Source of the DNA: Eledone cirrhosa
Lineage: Eukaryota
Assembly: GCA_964016885.1 (NCBI GenBank)
Contig: OZ024741.1
Location: forward strand, 312,914,001 to 312,978,000
Length of the DNA stretch: 64,000 nt
Direction: 5' to 3'
Shown: one piece after another, positions 1 to 12,740 of the stretch
How positions within the stretch are numbered: the stretch's first letter is position 1
Layout of the letters: the number at the start of each line of letters is the position of its first letter
Position numbers and translations under genes: made by a program
The notes under the pieces: model-generated
What the model was told of the DNA's origin: nothing
The model's database searches: none
What the model saw: only the letters and a program-made list of their open reading frames with translations

Positions 1-1151
1 TGATGCATGACATACCTCAACTTTCTTGATGGTTCAATTCCAGTCTTGGTAGTGATTTATTACAACAAATCCCAATATTTATATACAGAAATAATAACAT
101 GATAAACTTAAATATCATGAAGAAGAGGATGTGGAGCAAGATGTAGTTACAATGAGGGGATGAGTATGAAAAATGTAAAAAGAGATAAAGAGAGACAGAT
201 ACATAGAAGAGAAGAAAGAAAATGAGAGAAAAAATAAGATAAGATAGAAGGAGAGAGAGAAAAGGGAAGACGTAACCGCGAAAAGGAAAGAATGAAAGAA
301 AGAAAAAAAGAAGAGAGGGACATGATGCATGACCGTTGTTTTTAAATATAAAGTCAATCAGAAGTGACTAATTAAATTCCGTGACATTTTTAATATCTTT
401 TGTATTTGTTTACGTTTGAGTTAATTATACTAATGTATTATATCAAAATTAAACAATATAAACATATTTTCTATAGTAATCAGAAGCATAGTTCAATTAA
501 TAAATATATTCAATATTTTGTTGCAAAATTCAAAAATCAAAAACATTTTTACCTATCAAGCGAGTTTACACACATAATAAATATGTATAAGGTTATTTAC
601 CACAACATATTCACATATCACCATCAGTATATGCATTTTATATAATGTTCAGAATTATTATCAGAATTATTCATTTTACAATATAAACAATTGTCATTTA
701 CTTATAGTATTAATAAGTAGTTTTATTTACTCTTAAAGTATTATTATTTCGAATCTAATTTCGTAACTATATCCTAATATCATAATATATGTAGTTTCAC
801 TATAACCATTAATATCATGTTAAATATACAATATTAATCCATTTGGATAAAAAGAAAATTATATACGAAGAAATGTAAACAAAGGGAAGTAATCAATATG
901 TGGTCATTTATATTATCTAAATGCTTTAAACGCCAGAAGATATTTTAAACCACAAGTATAGAAAGTTATAGTTATACGATGGCAGTTCAAAAAATCGAAT
1001 TTATGAAAGTGGATCACCTCATGAGATTAATTTACTATATAAAAAAAACGATATACAAATTTAGGTATGGCAAAACATTATATATATAATAACAATAATT
1101 CAAGAATTATTAATAATCATAATAGTAGTCCATATATTTTAATCCTCTTAG

Positions 1152-2270
1152 TCAGTAATTCCTTATAAATGTGTATGTTACTTGAAATGATTTCCCAGAT
1201 TTATGGAGGCAATTTGCAAATAGCTCGCTTTTTTTGTTAATTAAATTACCATAATGGGTAATTATTAATAGAGTTTCTAAATCGCAAAGATTGCAATTTG
1301 GTGAGACGGAAGCCTTCCAATAAGACTCAGAGTTTCTAAGTTTACTCCAAGTGATTGAGTATTTAATATTTTTCTCTTTTAAAGACCATATCAATTTTGA
1401 TAATGAACTAGAATGTTTTTTATCTGAATTTGAGAAAGAATGCTTATGATTGGAAAAGCGAAAGTTAAAGTTGGATGAAGTGACACCAATGTAGTTATAA
1501 GTATTATTATTATTTGTCTTAATGGTACATTTATATACTAAATTCTTATTAAGGCAATTGTTTTGTAAAGGGCATTCAGATGTCCTTCTATAGTTACAGT
1601 TCAGTTCCGTGTTATTTCTATAACCAAAAGTATTTGTATTATCATTGTTATTATTCTAGGTGTTTTATTAAACATATTGAAACTATTGTCATTGCTATTC
1701 ACATTAGCTACAAATTATTATTATTGTTATTATTGCTAATTATCTGCTGGTTCAAGTTAAGAATTTTGCAATTAATTTTTTCAATATTTTGAGAAATATT
1801 CATAGTTGTTGAATAAGAGAGTTTAACAGTGTGTCTGTTGAATATAGGGTAATACTTATGTGATCTAGGGAAACATTTATCTAAGGCATAAAAAAATAAA
1901 TGCGCTAAAGGTGTTGTAATAGCTAAAGATGCAGGTGGGGCGTACCAAATTATAGGTCTAGTCCTAGTTTTTTTCCCCGATTTATTCTCCAAGTTTTTTG
2001 TTTTTACAGTTATTTTTATTTTTATTATTATTATGAATATAGTGTTTATAATTAATATTATTTTTTTCTACATATTCAATATTATTTTTATATCCTGCTT
2101 TATGTAACGCTTCATTATAATATACAGCTTTACTATTAAACATGTATTTGTTAGCGGAAAGTCTGGATATTCGCTGTTGGACACTATTGATTATTGCATT
2201 TTTAACACTTTTAGGATGATTAGAGTAAAAGTTAATATAATTAAGGTTTTCATTGAGTTTGTGGAATGGG
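1152..2270 (-). mobile_element. Penelope-like element fragment (RT thumb, linker, GIY-YIG endonuclease), Nematis-type, degenerate
   Basis: ORF pieces IIWYAPP...FFYALDKCFP..HKYYPIFNRHTVKLSYS (1708-1992), a CPL.N.CL...VYKC / YIG segment near 1480-1580, and IWSLKE..I.YSITW...CNLCDLETLLI (1152-1394). These are typical PLE C-terminal motifs. Confidence 0.85.
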
Positions 2271-2499
2271 AAAAAACAGCACTGTACCTCCGAAATATAT
2301 ATAATAAAACATATATTTTGATTATGTGAACGTATTCATTTCTTAATATTTTGAATAATATTACTAACTCCAGAAAACCTTTTCTATAGAGTGCTTTTAA
2401 TCTATTGTAAAACTATATTCACTGAGTAATCAATGAATTATATTAATCTTGGGTTATATATATATAATATTAAGGGATATATCCAATAAGTTAGCTAGT

Positions 2500-4540
2500 T
2501 TGACGTTGTTATCAAATTCATTCTTCCATTTCGCCTTCACTCCTCAACAACGCTCTATCTTTCGCATTTAAATATTCTGACATTACCACAGATGAACTTT
2601 ACATCATTCTCACCGCAAGAAAATCTATCTTGGAATTCAACAATGAATATTGGACTAGAACTGATACTTCCAACAATTTTGATATCACAATGGGTGCTTC
2701 CGATTCATCGCAATTTACGGATTTGATTGGTATATTTATTCTGAATTCTTTAAATCGGAAAATTCCTCAACTTCGCGGTGGAATTTATCGTGACGATGAC
2801 CTTTTTACTGTCTTAAACTGTAACTTAGTTAACCTTAATATTATTAATAACAATATACTTGATCTATTTAAGCACCATAACCTTAAAATTGAATTTGATA
2901 ACAACGTCAAACTAGCTAACTACTTGGATATATCCCTTAATCTTGACACTGGCCTATATTACCCTTACCATAAAAACAATGAGAATCTAAATTATGTTAA
3001 TTTTAAATCTAACCACCCCACTAACGTTAACAATGCTATAGTCAGTAATATTGAAAAAAGAATCTCAAATCTATCCCCTAATAAAGTAATCTTCGACGCC
3101 AATGCCAATTACTATAATAATGAGCTTTCCAAAGCCCGCTATCCTGATAAAATTAAATACAGTAAAGAAACCAATCATCGAAGGACTTATAGTAAAATAG
3201 TTAATTATGAACACTCCAATAACTTAAATAAAAGACATAGATACAAAAATATGATTTGGTATAATGCTCCTTTTTCTCTATCTATCACTAATAATATTCC
3301 TAAACTATTCTTTAGGGCCTTAGATAAATGCTTCCCTCCCTCGCATATATATAGTAAGATCTTTAACAAACATACAATCAAATTTTCTTATTCCACCACT
3401 TCCAACATCTCTAACATTATCTCGATCGGTAGAGGGTCGGACGCCATGCTTTCCAGCATAGTTACGTCCCTTAACGATCTGAGTTCAAATGCCGCCGAGG
3501 TTAACTTTGCCTTTCATCCTTACGGGGTCGATAAAATAAAGTACCAGTAATGCACTGGTTAATTGCTGGCCTCGTGCCATAAAGTACAAACAATTATCTC
3601 TAAACACAATAATAACATTTTAAGTAATAAATTACATCCCTCCAACACTGAGCGTCATAATAATAGCAGTACTATACCCGACGTCAATGTTAACTCTAGG
3701 CTAGATTCAGTAAATTTAAATACGACGTCAAACGTAACTTCGTTGAATGTTCATAATACCAATCTAAATCAGGACACTATAGTTCCTATCGTATATAACT
3801 TCTCCAATCCAAATCCTTCTATAAATAATACTAGGTCACTTGTTAATAACTCTGTTAATTTCTCTAATGGTAATTGTAATTGCCCTGTTAGAACTAAATG
3901 TCCTCTTAATAACCAATGTCTTGATAAAAACTTAGTGTATGAATGTAAGGTTATAACTGGTACTAATTCTTTTACCTATTTCGGTTCCACATCCACTTCC
4001 TTTAAAGCGAGATTTTATAATCACAAATCGTCTTTTAAATACCAACTTAAAAGAACTAACACGCTACTCTCGGAACTCATATGGTCCTTAAAAGACAAAA
4101 ATATGAACTATAACATCTCTTGGAGGAAGGTTTGCTACGACTTTCCTTACCTGAATACCTCCCTATCCAGAACATCTCCTAGCCGAGAAATTTACCATTA
4201 TATCTAATTTAAATCTCTGCTTGCATAAATCCCATAGAACATTCCATAAAGTATACAGCTAATACCTCAATACCAAAGTAGTTTAAAATCTTCTTTTCTC
4301 AAAGGTTGTTATATCTTTTACAAATATACCCATCTTTCTACCTTATTTCAGTATATTATATTATACAATTTACTCACTCTATGTCGTTGTGATCCCCTAT
4401 CTTTCTTCTTTTTATCCTTTTTCTTTTCTTCCTTTTTTTCTTTTTTAATTTCTAATCTTTAATCTGTAACCTTTACTTTCCAATTACTTCATATTATTAC
4501 TCACTACAGCATTTTCCATTTTCCATCTTTCCTCATATTA
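2500..4540 (+). mobile_element. Penelope-like element, 5'-truncated (RT core, GIY-YIG, 3' UTR), Nematis-type, interrupted by a SINE
   Basis: ORF 2630-3550 has FDITMGASDS..DLIG, GGIYRDD and YLDISLNL. ORF 3563-4207 has CNC.....CPLNNQCL...VYEC.V and YFGST...FKARFYNH. The frames join as SNISNIISKHN once the SINE is removed. Confidence 0.9.
3424..3600 (+). mobile_element. tRNA-derived SINE with Nin/Deu-like central domain
   Basis: B-box-like GAGTTCAAATGCC, core GCCTTTCATCCTTACGGGGTCGATAAAATAAAGTACCAG, flanked by the direct repeat ATTATCTC (3416-3423 / 3593-3600). Same family as 4552, 15591, 43905 and 62352. Confidence 0.85.
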
Positions 4541-4551
4541 TAGGTACTTTA

Positions 4552-4700
4552 TTGACTGGTACTTTATTTTATCGGCTCCGTAAGGATGAAAGGCAAATCA
4601 ACATCGGCGGGATTTGAACTCAGATCATAAAGGACCGTAACTCTATGCTGCAAAGCAAGGCGTCCGACCCTCTACCAAAACTGCCTATCCACCGCCCTAC
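4552..4700 (-). mobile_element. SINE, Nin/Deu-like family
   Basis: Reverse complement of the same head and core (GGCGGTGGATAGGCAG...GGTAGAGGGTCGGACGCC...GAGTTCAAATCCCGCCG...AAAATAAAGTACCAG). Confidence 0.85.
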
Positions 4701-5083
4701 CGCGTGAATCATATAATAACCGGACTTTCGTAAACATGGAAATGTTTGCCTTTGATATATCAACTCAGTAACACAGTTGCGTTAACATTTGATGATTTCA
4801 CCCCGATGTCGGTTGTTGTTTTATGATTGCACAACAGTTCTTCATTTATGTCAATATGCTTGACAAATACAATTGACATACGTGCTACAACCTGCTTACA
4901 ACCTATTTATCAATGAGATGTCACGACGTAACTCTTACACAGTAATAAGCATTTATATATATATATTAATTCATAGAAAGATGAGAAGGTGCAAATCAGG
5001 TAAACTGATAAAACAGTTAAATGCCGTCAAAGGCAGAAAAGTGGAAGGATCAGCATCTAGTAGATAAGGGAAAGGTAGAAAAG

Positions 5084-5087
<4 letters not shown>

Positions 5088-5160
<73 letters not shown>
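5088..5160 (+). repeat. (GA)n microsatellite
   Basis: Pure GA run seen directly. Confidence 0.95.
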
Positions 5161-5163
<3 letters not shown>

Positions 5164-5736
5164 GGTGAAAGAAGACGAACAATAAAAACAGTTAGTGGCG
5201 GTAAACCTAAGGTAAACCTAAACGCCTTCTCAATTCTGTCCGCCGGGGCTGTTGGGAGACAAGCCGAACATATTACGAATTCTGTTGTATAATCTTAAAT
5301 ACGTTTAACATTTTTGCTCATGAAACATCTATTTTAGTTGATGATTGTGTTTATTAATTAGTGACATGATCAACAGTTCTTCACACTTGACTGATACTAG
5401 TCCACCATTAAATTATTTGACTAATGCCAAACACCCAAAACTGATTTTTCCTAAACAATAAATGCTTCCGATATACAGAGACAGCAAGTAGAGTGACAAA
5501 GGGAGAGTGCCTACTTGGGTTGTCTGCCTTGTCATCAAACGTCTCGCATCTGCCTGGCAGAATCCAGCCAGATCTAACTTTAAACATACATGAGTTGAAG
5601 AATTCTTCGGGTGAATCGCTTAATCTCAAGTTTGGTGTCCTAAAATCTATACCCAACACATCATTTAGCCTGAGTGCCCTACTATTGTTGCATATAACCT
5701 CCCGTTTTTTACCATTACATATTATATATATATAAG

Positions 5737-5794
<58 letters not shown>

Positions 5795-6519
5795 AGATTA
5801 TATATATATATATATACATACATACATAAGATTATATATATATATAGGAGAGAGAGAGAATCGTATGCAGATAGAAGACCAGTTAGGACATTGCAGCAGC
5901 ACTCCAACAGTACTCGAACTGCTAGATCTCGAATTATCCTGAAATAAGCACTCAACCGAAGCTTTTCAGATTTCATTTGGTTGCAGCCTATATACCTTGA
6001 TTAATATGTATGCATAAAGAGATTTACATAAATTTCTCCGGAAAATTATCATTGCATGTATTTCTAGGGGTTAGGTGACTATGCATAGTGTTGTTTCCTT
6101 AACATACACCTGGTCTCTTCAGATTAGTTTATCCACAACTGGTTCTATGTAGAACCAGGTGTGTACAGATAGTGGAGCTGAAAATATTCTTTTTTTTCTC
6201 TCGGCTATCAGCCACCCTATAAAGTGGTGACCACTACAATACCTATTTATAGAATCACAGCGACCACCGCCAACAACACACATATACGCTACTAGTTATC
6301 GGTAGCATTCCATTGAACCGGTGGTGGATCAATTAATGTCCGGGAGGCCATCTGAAGAGACCCGATTGATGCTAGGGGCAAACTCTGCATAGTGGTCAAA
6401 GCAGTTGAAACATTTGTAATTCAATATTTCCGAATACATTTATGTAAAATCCCATTATCTTTCAGTATATATATATATATATATATATATTGTAAATATG
6501 TAGCAAGTTTGTGATATAC

Positions 6520-6654
6520 CTCGTTGGCAATTAGAATCAAGATATCCCGGAGCACATCCATATTTGCAATATCCAGTTGCTATGTTGCAGTCAGCGTTGT
6601 TGATACAGTGACATGTTCCTTCACAATTTAAACCATACTTTCCTGCGTCACAAT
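6520..6654 (-). CDS. Host gene internal exon encoding one EGF/laminin-EGF-like module (MEGF10/11- or SREC-like protein)
   Basis: CAG acceptor and GTATAT donor, 135 bp, phase 1-1, open: DCDAGKYGLNCEGTCHCINNADCNIATGYCKYGCAPGYLDSNCQR (8 Cys). Confidence 0.88.
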
Positions 6655-6964
6655 CTGGATATATTAAATAGAGAATAATGTTGCATTTATTATTTATTAC
6701 ATGCAGTTATAAATGAGACATGGAAGATGTGATGTCATAATATATCAATAATGCTATTGTGATAAACCAATGAACCTGAATAAACTTATTGCATATTATA
6801 TTGATACTCTATAATATATACAGAGATATCTATGCTCGGTAAAATAAATGTTACAAAACATAATGGAAGAGACAAACAATATAATCCGAAAACTAGCAGG
6901 AAGTGTTCCTACGATTATTATCGTTTTTGTTCCCACATTTAACGATAATAACTTAACGAATCAA

Positions 6965-7005
<41 letters not shown>

Positions 7006-7085
7006 CAAAGGAAATGTGGTAAGGAACCAGATGGACCATAACGCACCAAAATACTCAATACTTAGGGTAGTAGAGTGGGTAATAG

Positions 7086-7204
7086 GAACGAGTAGGACCC
7101 CGACGGCTGAACTCAAGCCGTTTCGACGGCTAATTCTGGACTACATTAGTCCAGAATTAGCCGTCGAAACGGCTTGAGCTCAGCCGTCGGGGTCCTACTT
7201 GTTC
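7086..7204. repeat. Near-perfect palindrome (58-bp arms, 3-nt loop) inside a small insertion in (TA)n
   Basis: 7086-7143 is the reverse complement of 7147-7204 with two differences; loop CAT. Absent from the paralogous microsatellite at about 47115-47280. Confidence 0.92.
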
Positions 7205-7266
<62 letters not shown>

Positions 7267-7269
7267 GTG

Positions 7270-7610
7270 TGTTGTAAGGTGAGTTAAAGATGTGAGCATG
7301 ACACGCCTGAATGGGCCAGTTCAGAGAATGTGAATGCATTTTGGGGGAGGATTGCTAAGGCTGGGCACTCGTCCTGGAGATCATGGCATTCCTAGTTTTA
7401 TGTGAATCTTCGACGAGCAGACCTCCAAATTCTCCACCCTATTGCGGATTTCCCTTTCTTTAATTTTACTTGTTACCTTTCTTGTATTAATGTTACACTT
7501 ATTTGCACATATCCCACACACTGACACACGCACGTGTCTGAGTGTGTGTTTCTGTCGGTGTTTGAGTATGTGTATGTGTAATTGAAATATTTTATGGATG
7601 AAAGATTATA
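7270..7610 (+). mobile_element. Old Tx1-like LINE 3' remnant (paralog at about 47320-47625)
   Basis: Translates VR*VKDVSMTRLNGPVQRM, similar to the ORF2 end ERWVREARMARVNGPTLSM of the Tx1 copies in this window; a UTR-like stretch follows. Confidence 0.6.
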
Positions 7611-7649
7611 ATACGCACTCTTACCCCCACCCCCACACACAAATATATA

Positions 7650-7730
7650 CATCTATAACATCACATTTAATGTTGTTGATACAATGACATGTCTCTTTAC
7701 AATCTAACCCAAAATTTCCTGCTCGACATT
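7650..7730 (-). pseudogene. Truncated EGF-like exon (5' half only)
   Basis: TTTCAG acceptor then ECRAGNFGLDCKETCHCINNIKCDVID; the last three Cys and the usual donor are missing. Confidence 0.8.
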
Positions 7731-8124
7731 CTGAAATTATCAGTGTAGATAATAATGTTGCAGATATCATTATGTACATACAGGTATAAATGAGATAACA
7801 ATCATGCAATTTCATGCCATATCAATATTTTTAAGATTATGACAAACGAATGAAACTGAAAACGCCTATTGTATATTATATCGATACACTACATGGCACA
7901 GGGAGATTATATTTGAATATAACGTTCCGAAACCATATGGAAGTAACAACCAATATAAGTAGTAATATAAAATTACATTCACGAATAGTAAAATTTTACA
8001 CTACTTATCAGTTTCTGCGTTATTTATCAATGATATTCTTACATTTAACGAAAACAAATAAATTATTATTATTATTATTATTGTGTAAAAAAAAAAAAAA
8101 CAGGGGATGTAATAATAATATTTG

Positions 8125-9622
8125 TTTTTCCTTGCCCTGATACCCCTCTCCGTTATATTGCGAAAAGTGAGAACAGGATACAAGTTGGAATGAGGAGAGC
8201 TTACCATCACCCACCTCTTCTTCATGAGCGATTTAAAACTCTTTGGGAAGAGTGAGAAGGAGTTGGATGTATTTGTTGACACTGTCCGTATTTACAGCAA
8301 TGATATATGTATGCAATTTGGTATTAATAAGTGTGGAGTTCTAGTGATGAAGAGGGGTAAACTGAGCATAAGCAACGGAATCCAGGTACCAACAGGAGAG
8401 ATGATAAAGGAAATTGACACTGAAGAAGGATAGACATATTTAGATGTTCTGGAGGCAGATCACATCAAGAACAAAAAAATGAAGGAATTGATAAGATCTG
8501 AGTACATTAGGAGAGTAAGGAGCGTATTAAAGTCACATCTAAATAGGAATGTCATAAGTGCAGTGAATTCCGAGCTGTGTCTATTATTAGGTGCGGTGCG
8601 GGAATTCTGAAATGGAATGCAGCTGAACAAAAAAAAATGTATAGGAAGACTAGGAAGCTATTGACTATCTACAACATGCACCACAAGAGGAGTGAGGTCT
8701 TATCAGCATAGAGGAATGTGTTCAGATGAAGAAAAACAACCTACAAAAATACGTGACTGACAGTAGGGAGCCAATGCTCAAAATTGTACTGAAGGAGAAG
8801 ACAATAAACCAAGGATGAAATAACAACAAGGAGGAAGAGCAACTTTCATGAAAAATCCCTTCATAGTACCTTCTTTAAATAAACGGAATTTAGAGGCCCA
8901 CAGACAGGGAACTGGTTAAAAAGAGGAGACTTTTAAAAAGGTACAGAAGGAATGTTAATGGCTGCGCAAGAGCAAGCCCTCAGAACGAAGTGGGTGAAAC
9001 CATATTGACTGTGGTGTGAGAGAGAGGAGACTGTGGCTCACATTGTATCCGAGCCCAGACTCACTATAAAGGCTGGTGACATAATGTGATGGGTAGGGTG
9101 ATCCACTGGCACCTATGCAAAGTAAACAATTTACCACATTCTGAGAAGTGGTATGAGCATAAGCCAGAGGCGGTGATAGAAAACGATCAGGTGAAGGTGC
9201 TATGGGATTTTAGGATACAGACGGACGAGAAATTAGAACACGACAGACCTGCCCTGATGGTTTTGGAGAAGAAAAGAAGATCGTGCCTGATTGTAGATGT
9301 AGCCTGCCCATTCGACACGAGAGTGCAACAAAAGGAGATGGAGAAAATTAACCGATACCAGGATTTAAAGATGGACTTAAAAAGGATTTGAAACTGCCAT
9401 GAAGTCAAGGTCGTCTCTATCATCATAGGCGCTCAAAGAGTTTCCGAGGATGGTTAAAGAAGATTAGTCCAGCCCCACTTTTTGGAACACTTCAAATGGC
9501 ATGCTTGCTGGGAACAGCAAGAACCCCCCGATACGTCCTGAATATATGAGGCTGCAGGCAGCGGCTTGATATTCATTTCAACAAACTTTCCATTTAAATA
9601 AAATCAATGGCTAAGACTCAAA
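8125..9622 (+). mobile_element. R4/Dong-clade non-LTR retrotransposon, 5'-truncated and degenerate
   Basis: HLFFMSDLKLFGKS (YMDD region), FGINKC, and REL endonuclease motifs RHN..GRVIHW, LWDFRIQTD....HDRP.L, IVDVACPFD, EKINRYQDLK; ends in (AAT)n. Confidence 0.9.
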
Positions 9623-9627
9623 GAATG

Positions 9628-9688
<61 letters not shown>
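9623..9688 (+). repeat. (AAT)n tract shared tail-to-tail by Dong (+) and Tx1 (-)
   Basis: Seen directly between the Dong 3' end CTCAAAG and the Tx1 3' end (reverse complement of AATAAAGAAATC). Confidence 0.95.
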
Positions 9689-9691
<3 letters not shown>

Positions 9692-12589
9692 TTTCTTTAT
9701 TAACCACAAGGGTTTACATAAAGTAGACATTAAGGACAGTACAGAACAATACAGGACGGTACAAATGGGCATTTCTGCGTGTAAAAAAAACAGAGGTTGT
9801 AATAAAATAACAAAGAAAGATTCCCCAATAGGGGGGAGACTTCCGAGGGACATTTGTGGAGAAAGCCCATTAAAAGACCACATTGACGCTGACCACCAGG
9901 GCAAGTGCCCTCTCCCAGTTTTCCACCTTTAATTTACAGACACATACTCAGAGAAGGCCCATTCATTCGGGCCATACTTGCTTCTCTCACCCATCTTTCA
10001 ACAAAATGCTGGGAAGAGAGCACTTCCCTCTCTACCCTGATTTTCCTTTTCAAATGAAATTTGAAAAGGTTAATCAGGGCATCACCGAAGAGGTAAGTGC
10101 TCGTCTTCAGCCCTTTCAAACGTGTCCACCATACTATATCTTTCGCCATGGCCACCAGACAGATAAAAACTGCCAGCCCTTCCCGGCTAAAGGAAGGGGG
10201 CGGGGCGATCCTCACGATGGACTCAGCTGATAGCTGGATCCGTCCTACACGTGACAGCAGGTGTTCGACATAAACCCACAAGTCAGCAATGCTCGGACAC
10301 TGGACGAGTGCGTGCAGGACGGTTTCGTCGCCCTGCGCGCATCTCGGACATGCCCGGCTGAGCGCACCTCCATGCCTGTAGAGTTTATCCCGAACTGGCA
10401 AAGCTCCTCGGTAGCACTGCCAGGCCAGGGATTTCTGGAAGTTGTCCATAGGCCCCGGCCCGAAAGTCCTTCCGAAGAGATTGGCGAGTTGATTTTCGTC
10501 GACGCCTAGAGTTTCTCCAAGTACGTCGTCGCTCTTCCCCTCCACTAATCCCCTATAGAACGCAAAGGTGGAGTTTCCACAGATCACATTGCCCGATTGG
10601 TCGAGGGCTGTGAGCGCCTGAAGACATTCCAGTCTCCAAGCGCTCCCTCTCGGTCTTCGCTTGACCCAGGACTGCAGCTCCGTCAAGGAGACGAGCTGGG
10701 GAAAAACGTGTCTAGCAAACGGCGACCACACCTGATCACCGTCGAGGAAGAGGTGGAGATGTCGTAGCCTGAGCGCGTGTCTGCGCATCATCAGCCACGG
10801 CATGCCCAGCCCTCCACGTAGCGGGTTTTGAGAGCAGATGGACCGCCTGACCATCGGAGCGCGTCCCTTCCACAAGAAGCGAAACAGCAAACGCTCCAGC
10901 GCAGTCAGGCGGGGCTTAGGACAAGGTAGGGCGGTCAGGCGGTAGTAGATGACAGATGCGATGTACGCATTCGCCACCTCCGCTCGACCTTTCAGGGATA
11001 GCTTCCTCTCGGCCCATTTCTGGGTGAGAGAAGCCACCCTGCTGGTCACCTCGTCCCAGTTTTTGTCCGTCTGGAGGTCTGGACCGAACCAGACCCCTAG
11101 CAATTTAACCGGTCCGTCCGTCCAGCGCCCGACGACGCTGTTGGACGGCATGGACCTGCCTCTCCAGGTGCCGAGCTGCAGGCCCACTGACTTTTCCAGG
11201 TTGATCATTGCTCCTGTCACCGCTTCGTATTCTCTTAGTGTAGTGCCGATCGCCTCGATGTGTTTGGCATTCGACACCACTACGGTGACATCGTCGGCAT
11301 ATGCTGACACGGATCTTCCGCATCCTAGTTCGCATGGGACCCCCCTGAACGTCTCCAGTTTGTGCAGTAATGGCTCGAGAGTCAATACGTACAATAGGGA
11401 CGAGAGGGGACATCCTTGGCGGACCGAGCGCATGATGTTGAACGGTTGCGAAAGGTGACCATTCAGTCTCACTACAGAGCATATGTCGCTGTGCATGGCA
11501 GCGATCCAGCCTCTGAAGACGGTCCCAAAGCCAGCCGCTCTCAGGACTGCCGCTAGGTAACGATGGTCGACCCTATCGAAGGCTTTCGATTGATCTAAAT
11601 TGATCAAAGTCCCACCTTTGCCAGGTTCCCTAGCTACCCTCTCTACGATGTATCGCATGAGGTGGAGGTTGTCATGGATGGATCTGTCGGGAATGGCGCA
11701 TGTCTATGCCTCTCCCACCAGACCACCAACGAGAAGCGCCAACCTCTTTGCTAGCACCTTGGCCAAAATCTTGAACTCTGTGTTTAGCAGAGTTATGGGC
11801 CTAAAATTATCTATGTTATCCCCCTTGTTCGGATCCTTTCTCAGCAGCGCCACCGCTCCTCGGCTCACAGAGCTGGGAATTCTCCCGTTCTGTTGCCAGT
11901 TGCACTAGACGTCCGCCAAGAGGCCTCCGAACAAGTTTGGCATTTGTACGTAAAGTTCATAGGGCAGACCATCCAAACCAGGCGATTTACCCCTTGTGCA
12001 ACTAGTCATTGCATCCCGTACTTCAGCGGTTGTTATCGGCTTTTCGCAACACTCCGCCTCAGTGGCCGAAAGCCGCGGCAGTCCGTCGAGGTAGACACTA
12101 AAGTCCATCCCTCGATCCGGCCCGCCACTGCCCCCGAACAGTTGAGCGAAGTGTCGCTGAAAAGCTTCACACATTTGCCCGGGATCGAGTAGCATGCGCC
12201 CGTCGTGGTCCACCAAAGACCGGATCGTGGTTTTGTTGCCACGACGCGCCTCCGCCACTCGGGCCCATTGAACGGCTTTCGTCCCCTCGTGTCTGAGAGC
12301 ACGCACCCTAGCTCTGATAACGCAGCCTTCGTGCTTTGCATTGAGGAATTGGTCAAGGGCCAATTTCGCCTAAAGTAGAAAAAATTATTAGTTCAAGGGC
12401 TATTGCTTGAAATAGCAATAAACTTTCTCTTTTCTTTATGGCTTGCCTATCAACATGTCTGTGGTGGTTTTTCTTGTTTTGTTTTAGATGTCCCAACCCT
12501 AGCAACTACCACTTTCTCTATCTCCACTATAACTCATCACAAATACTGATCATCACAACCATACTACTCTTAATAGTAATATACGTGAA

Positions 12590-12740
12590 CGGCAAAACAT
12601 AAATGAACTAAGTGAGAAATTAGGAATAATCAGATGCTGTTTACTTGAGAGAAGACTACGTTGGTATGGTCACGTGATACGCATGAAAGACGACAGCTGC
12701 ATAAAAAAGTGCAGGGTGATCAAAATTGATGGAAGTTAAG
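12590..12740 (+). mobile_element. RTE-clade LINE 3' coding fragment within the insertion
   Basis: RRLRWYGHVIRMKDDSCIKKCRVIKIDGS matches the RTE C-terminal RLRW.GHV.RM motif. Confidence 0.75.

Larger units (their letters stand above)
4550..8005. repeat. Segmental duplication, copy 1 (paralog at about 43950-51050)
   Basis: Collinear matches: 4745-5220 with 44020-44520, 5490-5710 with 44530-44755, 5800-6460 with 44830-45415, 6495-6970 with 45520-45810 plus 46943-47115, 7270-7575 with 47320-47625, and 7660-8005 with 49840-50062 plus 50931-51050. Confidence 0.9.

Noticed and set aside
3424-3500. tRNA-like A/B boxes in SINE heads (also 62352-62445)
   Set aside because: No cloverleaf; part of a dispersed SINE, not tRNA genes.
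2630-3550. Apparent RT protein with a novel C-terminus (..GRGSDAMLSS..FHPYGVDKIKYQ)
   Set aside because: The tail is read-through into the inserted SINE; the same peptide appears at 15633-15836.
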